Assembly (NCBI GenBank): GCA_964057225.1
Contig: OZ059895.1
Coordinates: 5,208,001-5,272,000 of the forward strand
DNA: 64,000 nucleotides
Origin: Auanema rhodensis
Taxonomy: Eukaryota > Animalia > Nematoda
Reading direction: 5' to 3'
Positions 12,502-29,619 of this stretch are shown one piece after another (within the stretch, counting starts at the first letter, position 1; every line of letters begins with the position of its first letter). Both the position numbers and the translations under genes were made by a program. The notes below the pieces were generated by a model. That model ran no database searches and was not told the DNA's origin. It saw only the letters and a list, made by a program, of their open reading frames with translations.

Positions 12502-14262
12502 CTAATTAAGCAATCCTACATTTTGAATGGCTTGTAGTATATTAGAATCTGAACATTTAACAAGAACGACATTAGAAAAGTGTTTGAACAGCTTATTCGT
12601 GAATTGTTGAACGGCATTATAGGATGTTAACTTTTCACTATTAGTCTCTTTGTTGGACAAGTTTTCTTGTAAGCTCATCTCCAGATATAATACTTTAATA
12701 CCCATATTCTGACAGAAGCTGACAACAAGCCACGGTGCGAGCAGATGGTTATTCAAATTAATTTTCAGGGTTTGAGGACCTCCTTCAAAGATGCTGACAT
12801 CTTCGACTAAAATAAAAGATGAATTACATTACCAATGAAAAATTTTTAAAAAACCTTCTGAACCTCCTAAATATATTACGTGATGAGGGCTATGGGTCAC
12901 AATTTCTTTTTTCACCATTTCATCAGTATCAGTTCCTAAAACATTTTGAACTCAGAAGAAAATATCGTAGCTTCTAATAAACCTGGCTTAGTGATAGCTT
13001 TCACTACAACGATGTTCTGTTTGTGCAAAATATCCTCTACTACATTAGTCAAGGGGTGAGAACCAGAGAACAATAGTACCCTTACAACTTGAGCACAACC
13101 TACCACTCGATTAACTGTTTGAACTATAAAGTTTATACCAGGTTGAAGTAAATATAAACTGAAAATCACACCTTCTACTTCGTTGGCAATAAAATGTAGT
13201 TCATTTTCCAAACGAAGGGTAGACAATAAACTAGGTACTTTTCCAGAAAGACAATTAGTATTTGTCTCAAGACTCTAAAAGAAAATATAAGAAGAAAGTT
13301 CTTCTTACTTTTTAAAAAAACCTTTGTCACCGACTTTATATCATAATCGAACTTTCCTCCAACATTATAAATTCTGGCATCTTTAGCTACATTAGCTATT
13401 TTTAAAATAGCCGAAGCAGCATCTTCGGCACTAATAAGATTGATAGGAGAGCTTACTAAAATATTATTCATCTCACATTTTTTATCATTTCAATAAACTA
13501 CCATGCAACCCTTTGTCAATATCTTGAATTACATTTTCCATAATTCCTTCGGTCAGACGCGCTATAACACACGGTAAGCGATAGCTTATAACATATGAAT
13601 GTAGTAAAGCTTCCGCTCCCATTAAGGCAGCGCCAACAAAGGTAGTAGGTGCAAGTGGTGAAGTTTCTAATTTACTTCCGTTTCCATAAACCTGAGATAT
13701 ACCCGATATAGATATACAAAATGAATTATACCGTTTCACTGCTAACGAGAACATAAGACTTCAATTCTCCGTATTCTCTAACCGCATCAAGTACATGAGT
13801 TATACCCTACATCAAAATGTATATAGAAAGATCGTACGTGTTTTTCTACCTGAAGAGCATTTCTAGCTCCGTTTGTATATGATAAATCAACCGCAGTTCG
13901 GGAGTGAGAAGCACAGTCAATAACGCATTCAATCTACACATTATGTGACAAAGTGAAATATTAACTCTTAGAAAAACTAACGTGATGCTCTCGCAACAGA
14001 TGAAGAATTAAATCTTCATTAATGCAATCTCCACAAGTCAAATGGAAATTTTTGGAATTACGAATCTCTTCCGGGATCTAATATGGTGGTTTTGATATTC
14101 TATTAACTAGAAATTGGAAATTACCTTTGAAACATCTGCTTTGGCAATGAAACTGTCCACGACCACAACTGTTAGAGACGGGTTACATTTAGTTAACTTG
14201 CGAATAATGGAAGTTCCAATAACTCCCAGCCCACCAGTGATAAGGTAAGCATTATGTGACAT
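12502..14262 (-). CDS. Two-domain NDP-sugar epimerase/dehydratase + reductase-like protein (RHM-type; nematode RML-4/RML-5 family), catalytic motifs degenerate
   Basis: N-terminal Rossmann LITGGLGVIG..VVVVD, GDC...HVLDA..YG..YVLVSS.VYG...HSY..SY.LP (dTDP-glucose 4,6-dehydratase fold). Second domain PHHVIYLGG...EGGPQTLKINL...APW resembles the RHM/RmlD-like C-terminal domain. The 3' end is approximate. Confidence 0.7.
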
Positions 14263-14755
14263 TTTTCAACAGCTGTAAAAACAATTAAATTAAAACTACA
14301 TATAAAGAATTACTATTGATTGAAGAACAAAATATGAGACGTGAAGACACATGGAATAAAAAGACAAAACGGGGTCACTATTACTCACAAGGGTGAAGGT
14401 CTGCTTGGGGGTTATCTGATGACGTGGAGTACTATCACAGTAATACATCTGGGTTGCATCTCAATATTTAGTCTTGATATCTTTGTTTTAACGGAACATA
14501 TATGAATAGGACAGAACATATATGAATGGGAAAACCATTGGAATCTCTTCCAATGTTTGTTAACATTTCCAACAAATTGCTCAAAAGCCAAATTGCTGTA
14601 ATGGAACTGTTTGAATCTTCTCGACATGGCGAACCAAAATTTTGAAAAGGGCCGCGATCTGTCAATTCTGCCAAAATGGTGTTAAGAACTGAAGTGAATG
14701 AAAATAACACTAATTTTTATTGAATAACTAACATAAATGTAAACGTTAATTTCAT

Positions 14756-16037
14756 TTATTTCTTAATATTATACATTTCTTTGAAAACTTTCAGCTTTGG
14801 CTTGTGTATGGTGAACGAAATCTCCTAATTTATTGACCATATCACATGTGGAGAAACAAAAAAACACTCACTAGTTCTTCGGATACATGCATAACCGCGG
14901 CTGCATTTTCAAACTGGCCACAATATAATGGGGCAGAAAAAATTGTGACCAATTGCCTATCTCCAAAAAATTCATACCCATCTTGTACTACCTATGAAAA
15001 GAATATTAAAGTTATGTAACTTTTAAAGTCCACCTGATGACCTCTGACGATCAAATCTAGATTGTGTAGTTTACAAAAGTCTTTTAAAGCCTTAACTCCA
15101 AAAACTCGAGCTGCTCCTCGAGGAGATTCTTCATACCAATCAAGGTAGTGGCTAGGATCAGCCCATGTTAAATCTGCAAGCACACCCATATCCGGTATAT
15201 CGCAGGGCCTTTCAATTTGTTTAAGCTGTAAATATATAAGTTATGCTAATAAATCATGAGGATAATCAGCTTATTAACCTGTTGTAGGTTGATTAATTCT
15301 TCACTTATTCCTCCATGCATACACAAAATACGTTTTTCTAATAAAGCACAAAACGGCATAGTATAAAATGCGTATTGAAAGCATTCATAAAGAATTGGTG
15401 AATATCTTCAAGTATCAATCATTTAACTCAAAAATAGAAAAATCAAGTAAAACCAACCTTTTTTTCAATTCCATATAAAACCCATACTGCATGTTTATAG
15501 GTCTAGACTCATGATTACCACGCAACAAAACTATAGCATCTGGATAAAGTACCTATAATCGTCAAATTACAAACATATTTCATTTGAAAACTGATTCGTA
15601 CTTTGTAAGCGAACAGTAGTACAACTACTTCCAATGAATACGGTCCTCGATCAACGTAATCACCCAAAAATATATATTTTGTTTTAGGTGGAAAACCATT
15701 AATTCCAAAGAGAGTAAGCAAATCCTCAAATTGTCCATGTATATCTCCACATATTGAAGTTGGAGCTGATACCTTAACTGCTTCACAATAGTTATTGTAC
15801 TGGGTATAGGTAGACTACTTCAATCATCGTATTTTGACTCCAGAACGTTTCCCTTGCCCTATAGCATAACTCTATCAGTTCGTCTTGATGAAACAACGAT
15901 TGACATGTATGAGAATTCCACTTTGTGGTTAACTTTGTGATTATCTCTTGAAGCCATATATTTATCTAACGCAAATTAATCTACTCTTCCTAAAAAGTAA
16001 TTACCTTTCGTATATTTCTTTTTTCAGATGATGACAT
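14756..16037 (-). CDS. PP1-family Ser/Thr protein phosphatase (nematode-expanded type)
   Basis: All PPP motifs are present across exons: [54 protein letters not shown]. Confidence 0.92.
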
Positions 16038-16279
16038 GGTAAAAATAAAAACTTCAGCCCAATTAATTATAAATTCTTTAAAAAAATGTAAAATGCGTGA
16101 AACACGTAATATCACTTATTTTCAATTGATATATTTTAGGAGTTGGTTGTTCGTACTATAAGATGTTTTTTTTGTAAATTCAACAAATCATAAACTGATT
16201 TTTATAATAAATAGTATTGACAAAAAAGTTTATGACATAGCTCTACTGTAACAGAGTAGATCTATTTTAAATAGATAAA

Positions 16280-16730
16280 TCATTCGTTCTTTCTTTGCTG
16301 AGAGATTTGATAAAGTTGATTAACAAGCACCAAAATACTGAAAAGAAGAACAGTAAATATTTGTTGAACAAAAATTTACACAACCTAGCAGTAGCAATTA
16401 GTCCAGGAGGCATGAATTTATTGGTCCGGAGAAACTTCTTGCCCATCACAAAGGAAAGTGTAGCGGAAACAGCTAAAAAAAGTTTAATCAAGAATTGAAA
16501 ATTTTACATATACCTGTCACAACATATGGGCGTGATGGGACATCAAAATGAGTTACCCCAGAAACAATAAGTGCGCTGCCAAGGCCAGCAACGAGCGATG
16601 GGATAGAACCTAAAAAACTTTAGTTGAAACATATACCACATCTGATATCACCAGCTTTGAAAAAGCCAATTAATCCGCCAGCTCCGACAAGAATAGAATA
16701 AGCAAGGTTGAATTGATCGGTACTAAGCAT
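16280..16730 (-). CDS. TMEM14-family small membrane protein
   Basis: Spliced MLSTDQFNLAYSILVGAGGLIGFFKAGSIPSLVAGLG...MGKKFLRTNKFMPPGLIA matches the TMEM14 signature (Y..LV..GG..G..K.GS.PSL.AG; KFMP.GL). Confidence 0.9.
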
Positions 16731-16887
16731 CCTAGAAATCGGTTATAAATGACATTATATGCACGAAATATCAACAAAGCGATTCTGATTTTTTTTAAAT
16801 ATGCATAACTTTGCCATAACTAAGACAGGTAACCTAGGTTTCAGACCTCCCTAGAAACTCATTTTTCTTTCATTTCATTATTTTAAA

Positions 16888-18056
16888 ATGTCGTCTATAA
16901 ATGTGACTTCAGACGTTATTCTTGTTAAATCAAAAGGAGATACGATAACTCAGGTAAGATTATTTCGTCGAAAATCATCACAACTACAATCTTAAGACTA
17001 AACAAAAGGATGGACTACATCAAATAAATTCAGGTAAGTGTCAAACCATGTTTTATCAATTTTTACTTTTGTAGCAGAGCAAAATGCAGGTCAACAATTC
17101 CAGTGCCCTTTCGCTATTCATTTTTGCCAAGTTAAAGGTTCAAAAGAACGCATAAAAAAGCATTTGCGTGATGACAGGTTTGATATGAAGTGAAAGATAA
17201 CAAATAAGTTTCACTGAACAGAATTTCACATCTAGTTCTTCTCTGCAAATCGATCAACCATCTTAGGAATGTCAGAGACATCACGCTGATTAATAATGTC
17301 GAAAACTTCGAATTTTTAGAAAACAAAATGTCAATTACTCGGTGTATTATGAATCGCTTCAAGTGAGATACAGGACATTTTGCCGATAACTACTATAAGT
17401 TGAAACTTTAAGTTCCCAGCATATATTTCATGTTAGCAAAATAGAGAAACAGATTAAAAAATCTCTTCGATCACCACATGAAGACGAAATTATTGGGTAA
17501 ACACATCGAAAATTAACAGTATTTCATCAAAGCGTTACAGACAACCTTTTGAGACAAATCGTTTTGGTTACAAAGTTATACCAATCATTGCCCCTTATGC
17601 TGATAAAGAAAGTGAACATTTTATGCTTAATGCTTCTCAGTAACACTTTTTAGCACAGCAAGAGTACCTTTCCGTATCGGTCGCTTTAATAAAAGGCGAT
17701 TATGATGCAATACTCAAATGGCCTTTTGATTTCTCAATAAAATTTGCAGTTGTGACACGAAAAGCTATATGTAATGAGAGACTAGAAAATGTAACATATG
17801 CACTTAAAATAAATTTATTTCAGTTGAGAAACATGTGGCACCGCAATTTCCCAGGGATCAAGAAAAACTCAAACGACCTTTCAACCAAAGAAACAAGGCT
17901 TTCGGAATTAAGGTTCAAAGAACGCATAACACACATATACACTTAGTTTCATTTTAGAACTTCATACTTCTTAATGAAATTGAGAACTTCACCGTCAACA
18001 ATGATTTTTTCATCAAAATAACAATTGAAATAGCAGAACGTCGCTGCAACTTCTAA
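16888..18056 (+). CDS. TRAF-type MATH domain protein with a partial TRAF zinc finger
   Basis: CPFAIHFC...KKHLRDDRISHLVLLC, then YLSVSVALIKGDYDAILKWPF...KRPFNQRNKAFGI.NF...NNDFFIKITI, typical of a TRAF MATH domain. Confidence 0.8.
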
Positions 18057-18354
18057 TATTTTTCATATTATTATACAACCTTCTCTTGCAATGCCATTTT
18101 TGGGTTCATTTGAAACTAGAATATGAAGCCTAAGCTCGTTCTAAAGAGAAATCAAAGTCGCGTAAAAGAAAACTTTCACGTTTCTATGCTGTAATTTCAA
18201 TCGATATAATTTTTCTGTGCACTTTTTTTAATGTAAAGATATTCTCTCTTCATTCTACCCATAGTAACAGTCAAGTAATAAACTATTTCACTAAATTATT
18301 GTTGCTAGCTAGCAGATCAGACGGAAATTCATCTCAAACTAAAATTGGGTAGGT

Positions 18355-20783
<2,429 letters not shown>

Positions 20784-21049
20784 TGCCTTAGTTACCTTGT
20801 GATATGTGCTCATAGTCTTTTTTTTACTTCAATTTATATTTTTTATAATTCAGAGCATTCAGATTTTTAGTCATTTTGTATCTGTTAATTAGTCATGTAT
20901 AAACAATTTTATAAATCTCGTTTTTTTAACTTCAACTGTTGCTACGTATCAATATCTGCATATTCCAACTATTAATTTTTTTCTCGCAACTATGAATCGT
21001 AGGTTCTTGGATACTCCACCAGGGTTTCATTTGAGCCAAGAATAAGATT

Positions 21050-23508
21050 ATGAGTGAATGGGTAGGTACTCATTGTCAACTTATTTAAAATAAAATAGGA
21101 ATTTTTATCCTTGTTTTCTTAGGTTCCGATAGTTCCTGCTGTTCTTCAAGAATCAAAAGAAACTATCTTAGATTGGCATATACCTGGAGAACAAATTGAA
21201 CTTAAAGGTTTTCCAACAATTCAATAAATTTGTAAATTTAATTAAAAACAGATGTCAAAATAGCCTTCATATCTAATAATTCGAGAGTATCAGGATGCGT
21301 TTACTTGACAAACTATCGCTTGAGATTTGAGGATGATGAAGATAATAGATATGGGAGACGAGTACGCTAACATGATAATAAAATAATCCGTGAATTCTTT
21401 TCAAGGGCTTGAAGTTTGACATACCCCTGGGATGTATCAGCAAAGTGGAGAAAGTTGGTCATTCTAAAACTGGTAACTCAGAACTGTATGGAATACTTAT
21501 AGGATGCAAAGTAGGCCTATTTTTTGTTTCTGTGTTATTTTTGTGTTTTGAGGATATGCGTGATGTTCGATTTGGATGTAATCCTGAATGTCATAGCAGA
21601 AGACCTCTGTACGAGTCACTGCTGCGGCTAGCTTTCCCATCGAGCAAAAATAGTTTTATGGTGCTTTTGAAAGGACTTCGTTTAATACTTATGCTTTTGT
21701 TGTAGGCTCAATTCTGTTACATTTATCATAGATATTACAAACTTTCACCGGGGGATGTTGATGGATGGAAATTATACGATGCAAAAAATGAATTCAAAAG
21801 AATGGGTATTCCTAATGAACAGTGGGCTATAACTAATGTAAATAGGAATTATGATCTGTCGGATACTTATCCTGTTATAGTATGTTTTGTATTTTGCGCA
21901 TTAATTCATGATATTATTAAAGTTAGCTGTACCCTCCGCAGCTGAGAAAAGAAGTAAAGACTTCATTATTCGAGTCGGCGAGTTCAGAAGTCGCCAACGA
22001 ATTCCGGTAAATCTGCTGTGAAAGAGATACTCTGTACCAAATTACTTAGGTATTGAGCTGGCATCATCCGTATTCACAGGCTACAATTACTCGTTGCTCG
22101 CAACCTTTATCAGGAATGACTAATAGAAAAAATGTGGATGATGAAGAGTAGAGATAATTTCGGTTCATAATTCATTCATTTTACGTTTTAGTTACCTTCA
22201 AATGATTATTGGAGCCAATGCTGAATGTAGTAGTTTAGCTATTTTTGATGCCCGTCCTCTTGTAAATGCTAGAGTAAATATATTCCTTATCTTCTTGAAG
22301 GAATAATTTTATCTTTTAGTTGAATAGAGCCAAAGGAGGCGGATATGAGGAAGGATATGATCAATGTATATTGAAATTCTTGAATATCCACAATATCCAT
22401 GTTATTCGAGATTCGTTAGTTAGCATTTGATCTTCTTATTTCACATATTTAATTTCAGTTTGAGAAAACTTCGTGATTCTGTTTTTCCTAAAGTTGATGA
22501 ACGAAATTATTTGAAAATGATAGATGAATCAAAATGGTTCCAACATCTTCAATCGATTCTGGAGGGCTCTCTTGATATTGTTCAAGAAATTGAACTTAAT
22601 CGAGGTTCTGCTCTGGTTCATTGTTCTGATGGATGGGACAGAACATCGCAGGTTTTTTTTCATTGGTTAGCTAATAATATGTGGTCATTATTCCAGCTCA
22701 CATCGTTAGCCATGATACAACTTGATCCTTACTATAGAACTATTGAAGGATTTGCTGTGTTAATAGAAAAAGAATGGTGCAGTTTTGGCCACAAATTTGC
22801 ACAACGATATGGTATATATTTTATTTTTTTTCACGAACATTGTATTTTCCATTTGTTAGGTCATTGGGAGGATAAAGCTGGAGATGCTGAGCGTTCTCCT
22901 ATATTCGTACAATTCATCGATTGTGTGTATCAATTACTTGTTCAGGTTACCTTTTTTATTATAGTCAGAATATTGTTATTTTTATAGTTTGAACCTTTCT
23001 TCGAATTTACTTTTGAATTACTTATATGCATTCTGGATGAGCTCTATAGCTGTCGATTTGGAACGTTTTTGTTCAACTGCGAAAAACAAAGACTTTTCGA
23101 AAATGTAAGTGCTTGTATCTATGTCTTACATTAAATTATTGTTCAGAAGTGTCATAAGGATACTGTTTCATTATGGACCTATGTTTTTGCCAACAAACGG
23201 CTTTTTTCGAATCCAACATATTTAGGGAATAAAGGTTTCTCTTATTTTATGAAACAAAGCATTGATTATTTTTTTTAGAAAATGAAAGAAAAGTTCTTTT
23301 CGTCAATCCATCCATAGCTGTTATAAAGCTTTTCAGAGATTATCACGCCCGATACAATCCCTTTGTTGTTTCACCACATTCGGTGGTAAATACTGTTATA
23401 TAATTAATAGTTTTAATGTTTTGTTTTCAGGGAGTTCGAAATTATACAATTGAAAAATGTAGTAACCGGCGTTTGTTGATGGACGAGTTGAATAAGGAAG
23501 TTGAATAA
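21050..23508 (+). CDS. mtm-1: Myotubularin lipid phosphatase (MTM1/MTMR2 subfamily)
   Basis: GRAM region ([24 protein letters not shown]), [12 protein letters not shown], intact active site [44 protein letters not shown]. Confidence 0.92.
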
Positions 23509-24021
23509 GGAAGTTGGATAATATGCTTTTATACATGGAAATTAGGTGGTGTTCACTTCATAGATAAGCAGATTTACCATCTGTACTTTATTCACTGTTT
23601 TACTAATCTCAACAGTCTAATTTTCAAAAGCTATTTATGAACCGTGATATTCAAACGATCTCATCCTTCTAATTTTCATCTGCTATTCTACTTGTATTAA
23701 TTAGATTTTATATGTAGAAAACTATATTATTCCATTTACCCCATGCAACGCCGGAATCTTATACTACAATATTCCGGATGATTCATACTCCCATGAACAA
23801 TAAAACATTCAGATATACATAGCCATGCAATTTGAAAATCTCCTTGCATTCTTGAAATTTCTAAGAGATTGTTTTTATATTTATTTAATAATGCGCCTCG
23901 ATGTCATCAGCTGCTAATGTAGGAATACAGCAATGAATAATCACAATTTTCTTTGTAAGGTTACCAATAAATTTTAATGTTTCGCTGTCGTTTTTTTAAA
24001 TAAGAATATAGTTTATGATAA

Positions 24022-25756
24022 TTAATATTTTTGTCTATCCATTATTTTTGGTAGCCTCGCATGAGGTACCAGCCTGTGCATATGCTTAACCAGGAGTCGC
24101 ATGTCCAATCTGTCGTTAGGACTAAAGGCCCAGCATTTCTCCTTAATATGGTTGAAGTTAAAGTTTGTCTATTGGCTAGATTACAGTTATTAATTTCCCA
24201 ATCTGCAGGTTAGCATCTTCTGGGAAACACAGTTTATGCCCTTCTTTAATCATTGGAACAAATTGCTTATGTGTCATTCCGGAATATGGTTCTCCAGCAT
24301 TCATATATATTTGCCAGCACATCACACCTGGAGAAAAAAAACAATGCGTTTCATGGTAAAACTTTATGATACCATATGCCCATACTTCCGATTTTGTAGT
24401 ATAAATTAATGTAGTTATTGCTTCGGGAGATAACGCCTTGATAGGTGCAGCTTTATGTGGATCCATTTGATAACTTGCTCCATATGTGGACAAACCAAAA
24501 TCGGCTATTTTTACCTGAATTTGTTATTTACCCATGATCACAAAGTTTATTACTTTTCCATCTCCGTACAGACAGTTTCTACAAGCCAAATCTCTGTGAA
24601 GAATTCCAACATTGTGTAAATATTCAACACCCCAACCAGCCTACATCAGAAGTGAGCTCTTGCCAATTTCTAATTTAAAACCTGTAACGCCATTTCATCC
24701 TTTGTTGACAACCTGACATCATTTTCTTTTAAAAATTTTTCTAATGACCCATGTGAAGCCTATTATATATAGTCTCAGTAACAATAAAATATAATATAAG
24801 TTCTCACCAATCCCATTACCAACATCAAAGGTTCCTGGACCGCACAAACACCATAAAAGTCTACCACATTTTCATGATTCAAATCTCTCATTAAACGTGC
24901 TTCTGTCATAATTTCATTAATTTGATCTTTATTCAATTGTTCCAATTTAGCCTATGTTATGCCCAGGTTACGCAAGCAGCAAGCAAAGTTCAATAACTAA
25001 CTAATTTGACAGCTACAGGAATTTTCATGTTGTGAATAGAAAATATTCCTTCATGAACCTAAATTTCTTCTTCTAAACAAAAAAAAACGAGAGAAACTTC
25101 TCCAAAGTTGCCTTCGCCAAGCTTTTTTGTCAACCGTATGTCACTTGGATTTAACTCCCAGGTTTGCCGTTTTATAGCTCTTTTTAGATATACTTCACTG
25201 CTCTTTAAAAAAGTAAATTAAAAGAAAAACAATTTATATATTAAAGATGATTAGTAAATCTCCCAAAAGCTGAATAATAAAATTTTTCTAACCGCTGATG
25301 CTAAAGGGATATCCTTCGAATGATAATAAGAGACTAAGTCAAATATTGAATCAAAACTTTTTTTTCCTCCTATCCATTTACAATTGACATTATGCAGAAT
25401 CAAATGTTTGATCTGTGAATCCATTTACTATATCAATGATTTTCAACTTACTCCTGCTTCTTCTAAGCTTTGATCTTTCATGCATGAAACAACGTATTTT
25501 CTTGGCTCCCCTACTACTGGTTCTGTTGAGCGGATTAAATAGTCCCCGTTCTCTTTTAACATGTTCTTTAATTATGACAATTATTCGAAATCGGAAAATA
25601 TTAAGAAAAGCGTGAAAATGGACATAAACAAACCACTATATCCGCTCTTGGAAGTAAGCCATGGTAACAATCAACAGATGCTATATCTTTACTAGGATCA
25701 GTACATCTCGGCGCTTCGTTTTGAGACCGAGAACTTTTTTTTGAAGATTTAGTCAT
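24022..25756 (-). CDS. Fer/Fes-type non-receptor tyrosine kinase (SH2 + kinase; SPE-8-like family)
   Basis: SH2: YHGLLPR.D...ENGDYLIR. Kinase: LGEGNFGEV, VAVK, EARLMR, HRDLACRNCL, KIADFG. Confidence 0.9.
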
Positions 25757-26822
25757 TACAAAAACAACTCAAAGGCGAAACCAGCTTAGCCGGGCCAGTC
25801 TCCACTTTTTGAGAGGATCAAAATAAAATGGTAAAGTAGCTGTTACGTGGCAAATCACGTAATATTTTTTTCAAGCTTACGTGAAAATTAAGAAATCAAT
25901 ACGGTTTTTTTGGAAGGAAATTATGTAATCCTTATGGGTGTATTTATATTTCGTAGGAATTAATTATAAAAATATTATCTATTGTTAATTGCTTTTGTTT
26001 TACTACAAATATATTCAATTAACTAAACACTGTAGATCCGCTACTTCATTATATAGCAATTAATCTACGCATTATTAACCCGTTCCTTTGTTTGAAATCA
26101 TAAGATTTTACGTTTGAAGTTCTTATAACTATGGCTACTAAAATAAAAAATGCTAACGCTGAACAATATATTCTTAAAGCCCATTATATTGCATCTTCGA
26201 CAAAAATGTTTTTAACTTCAAAGCGATTGAATAATAACGATTCAAAACTAAAATCAAGTTAATTGGGACACAAATCCTGGCTCTATAAAAAAAAAATGAA
26301 AAAACAAACAAGAACAAGAATACAATTTTAATTGTTAAAAAAATTTATTTATTTATATCATATAATGAACTTTTATGTTAATTCTGAACTATTGCTTGTT
26401 TTTTGTCTTTGTTTGATTGTCTAATCGTTAATTATAGTTTTAAATAGCTTGAGTAAGAATTTAACTCCAAAGAGAACGAGTAAACAAGTTGTTAACATCA
26501 TTTACTTTGTTTTATGTACTTAAGCATTATTTTGTTTTAAAAAAAACGACTCCAAGGTAATTCGCCAGCTATAAACTTCACACTTCTTTATTATTGTTAC
26601 CCAAATCTCAACTATTACTGTATTCAAAACTACGCACTATGGCGTGTACGTATTGAAACTTTGCGGCTAAACCTTCAAAATTTTACGTTGCGTCAGTATT
26701 TTCGAAATTATAGTACTCATTCATTGATCATTTCTTGTTTATTTGTGTTTAAAATTAATGATATTAGTATAGAACCTATGTGTATTAAAAAACATTTTTT
26801 TAGATTAAAACAAGCTGTGAGA

Positions 26823-27097
26823 ATGAGCAAAACTCATCCCCCAGAGTTGAAGAAATACATGGACAAGGAGATGGATCTAAAATTGAATGGAAATAGAAAA
26901 ATTTGCGGTGTACTCCGTGGTTTTGATCCTTTCATGAACATGGTTGTTGAGGTTAGTTATCCTTATCTATTTTTTGTTATCTACTCATTTCACAGGATGC
27001 TGTTGAGTACCCAAAAAATGGTGAACCAGTTTCATTGGGAATGGCTGTAATTAGAGGAAACTCTGTTGTTATTATGGAACCGAAGGAGCGTATTTAA
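26823..27097 (+). CDS. snr-7: Small nuclear ribonucleoprotein Sm G (2 exons)
   Basis: [43 protein letters not shown]|DAVE...[18 protein letters not shown]. Confidence 0.95.
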
Positions 27098-27903
27098 CAT
27101 ATCATTGATGTATTGCACTGATCTCCATGGTTGAATTTCCATGTTGTTTTATGTTAAGTAAAGGGTGTACTTTTTAAATGTGTTGAAAGTCTACAATACG
27201 GGTTATTGCCCACATAGATATATATATATTTATTATCGTCAATATTTTTTTCTACTGTCATCTTTTCTTTTGTGATAACAATTGTATGTCTACCTAATGA
27301 CTAGTGTTTACTGATTTCTCGTTGATTCTCTTTGTATGTATATATTTGGCCTCCGCGTGATCTGCGTGCTTGTTAGTATTTTGCGTATTATTCAATTTGA
27401 TGGCGAGTTTTGTGTGCGATCTCGTAAACAGGATGCGGCGCGGCTGGCTCTCCAACTCTCGGCAACTGCTAGTGCCGTCTATTTTGTACACTAGCATTCT
27501 CAATAGCACTACACACATTTTACGCTTCTTTCTTTTTTTAAAATCAGAATTCTCTTGTATTTTTCTGTATTTGTAGCACTTTTCTTATTCTTTTATAATG
27601 TTTTTGTGACAAACTCTCCCTTTGGTGTTGGAAATGTTTTCAGGTTTGGCCATGCACCCTAGTATATCGATTTTTCTTTTATGTTATAGGTCTTTCTTAA
27701 CCCTGTTCACTTTCTACTACGTTTTACCAATTTAAATATGTTATTATATTGATTGATACTGGTAGAATAGTTAACAGTTTGGCGCCTAAAGTTATTTTCA
27801 AATTGTAGTCTTTCTTATCTCTTAAGAATGACATCCTCTCATCTTGTTTCTAATTGACTTGCAATTGGTGGTTGATATTCGTACTAACTTTTATTTTTTC
27901 AGC

Positions 27904-28954
<1,051 letters not shown>

Positions 28955-29619
28955 GCTTTTACGTTTTATTTATATCGGTGTAGGTTTTGTAGTATTGCCT
29001 TAATAGTTATCATCCGGTAAAATTTTTTAACCTTTTTAACATTTATATATTACAATGACGTTCTTATATAGTTTGCATTCAATAAACTGCATAATTATTA
29101 TTTCTATTGTTTTTTTTGACATATACTGCTGAAATGACGTATGATGTATCATAGTGTATGAGGGTGTTTGTTTTTTTGGTAGCATAATGCCGCCGGGGTT
29201 ATCACAGTTGCTTAGTAGCTATATAACGTGGACGAAGCGGTGATCTGATTGTAAAGTATTTTGTAATAGAATAGATAAAGGAGATGTGGACAGCTGATCC
29301 CTGAAAGCTGGGAGAGTGAAGAGGGCCACAGCCATAATCTTTGGCTGTCTCTCATTTTCACCACAACACCTATTCTTTCATTTCGTTTCAATGACATGCT
29401 GAGTTTTTGCGGCGACTCAAGTTTTGTTTTTTAGTTTGTCTCTGAGAAGCATTTTGATTTTTCAAAGTTTATTTGATTATTATGTTTGAGACTTTAGTGA
29501 TTTCGTTAGTGTCTTGGATAATGCGTTATATTGTTTTTACATTTTAATTTTTTTTGGTAGAGTGAAGGTTGTGCAAGTTATTATGCCTTATTGGTTAGTA
29601 CTGTTGATTAGGATATAGT

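Noticed and set aside
14412-14710. ORF containing DRGP next to the PP1 gene, suggesting a duplicated phosphatase fragment
   Set aside because: No other PPP motif is nearby; the 4-residue match is probably chance.
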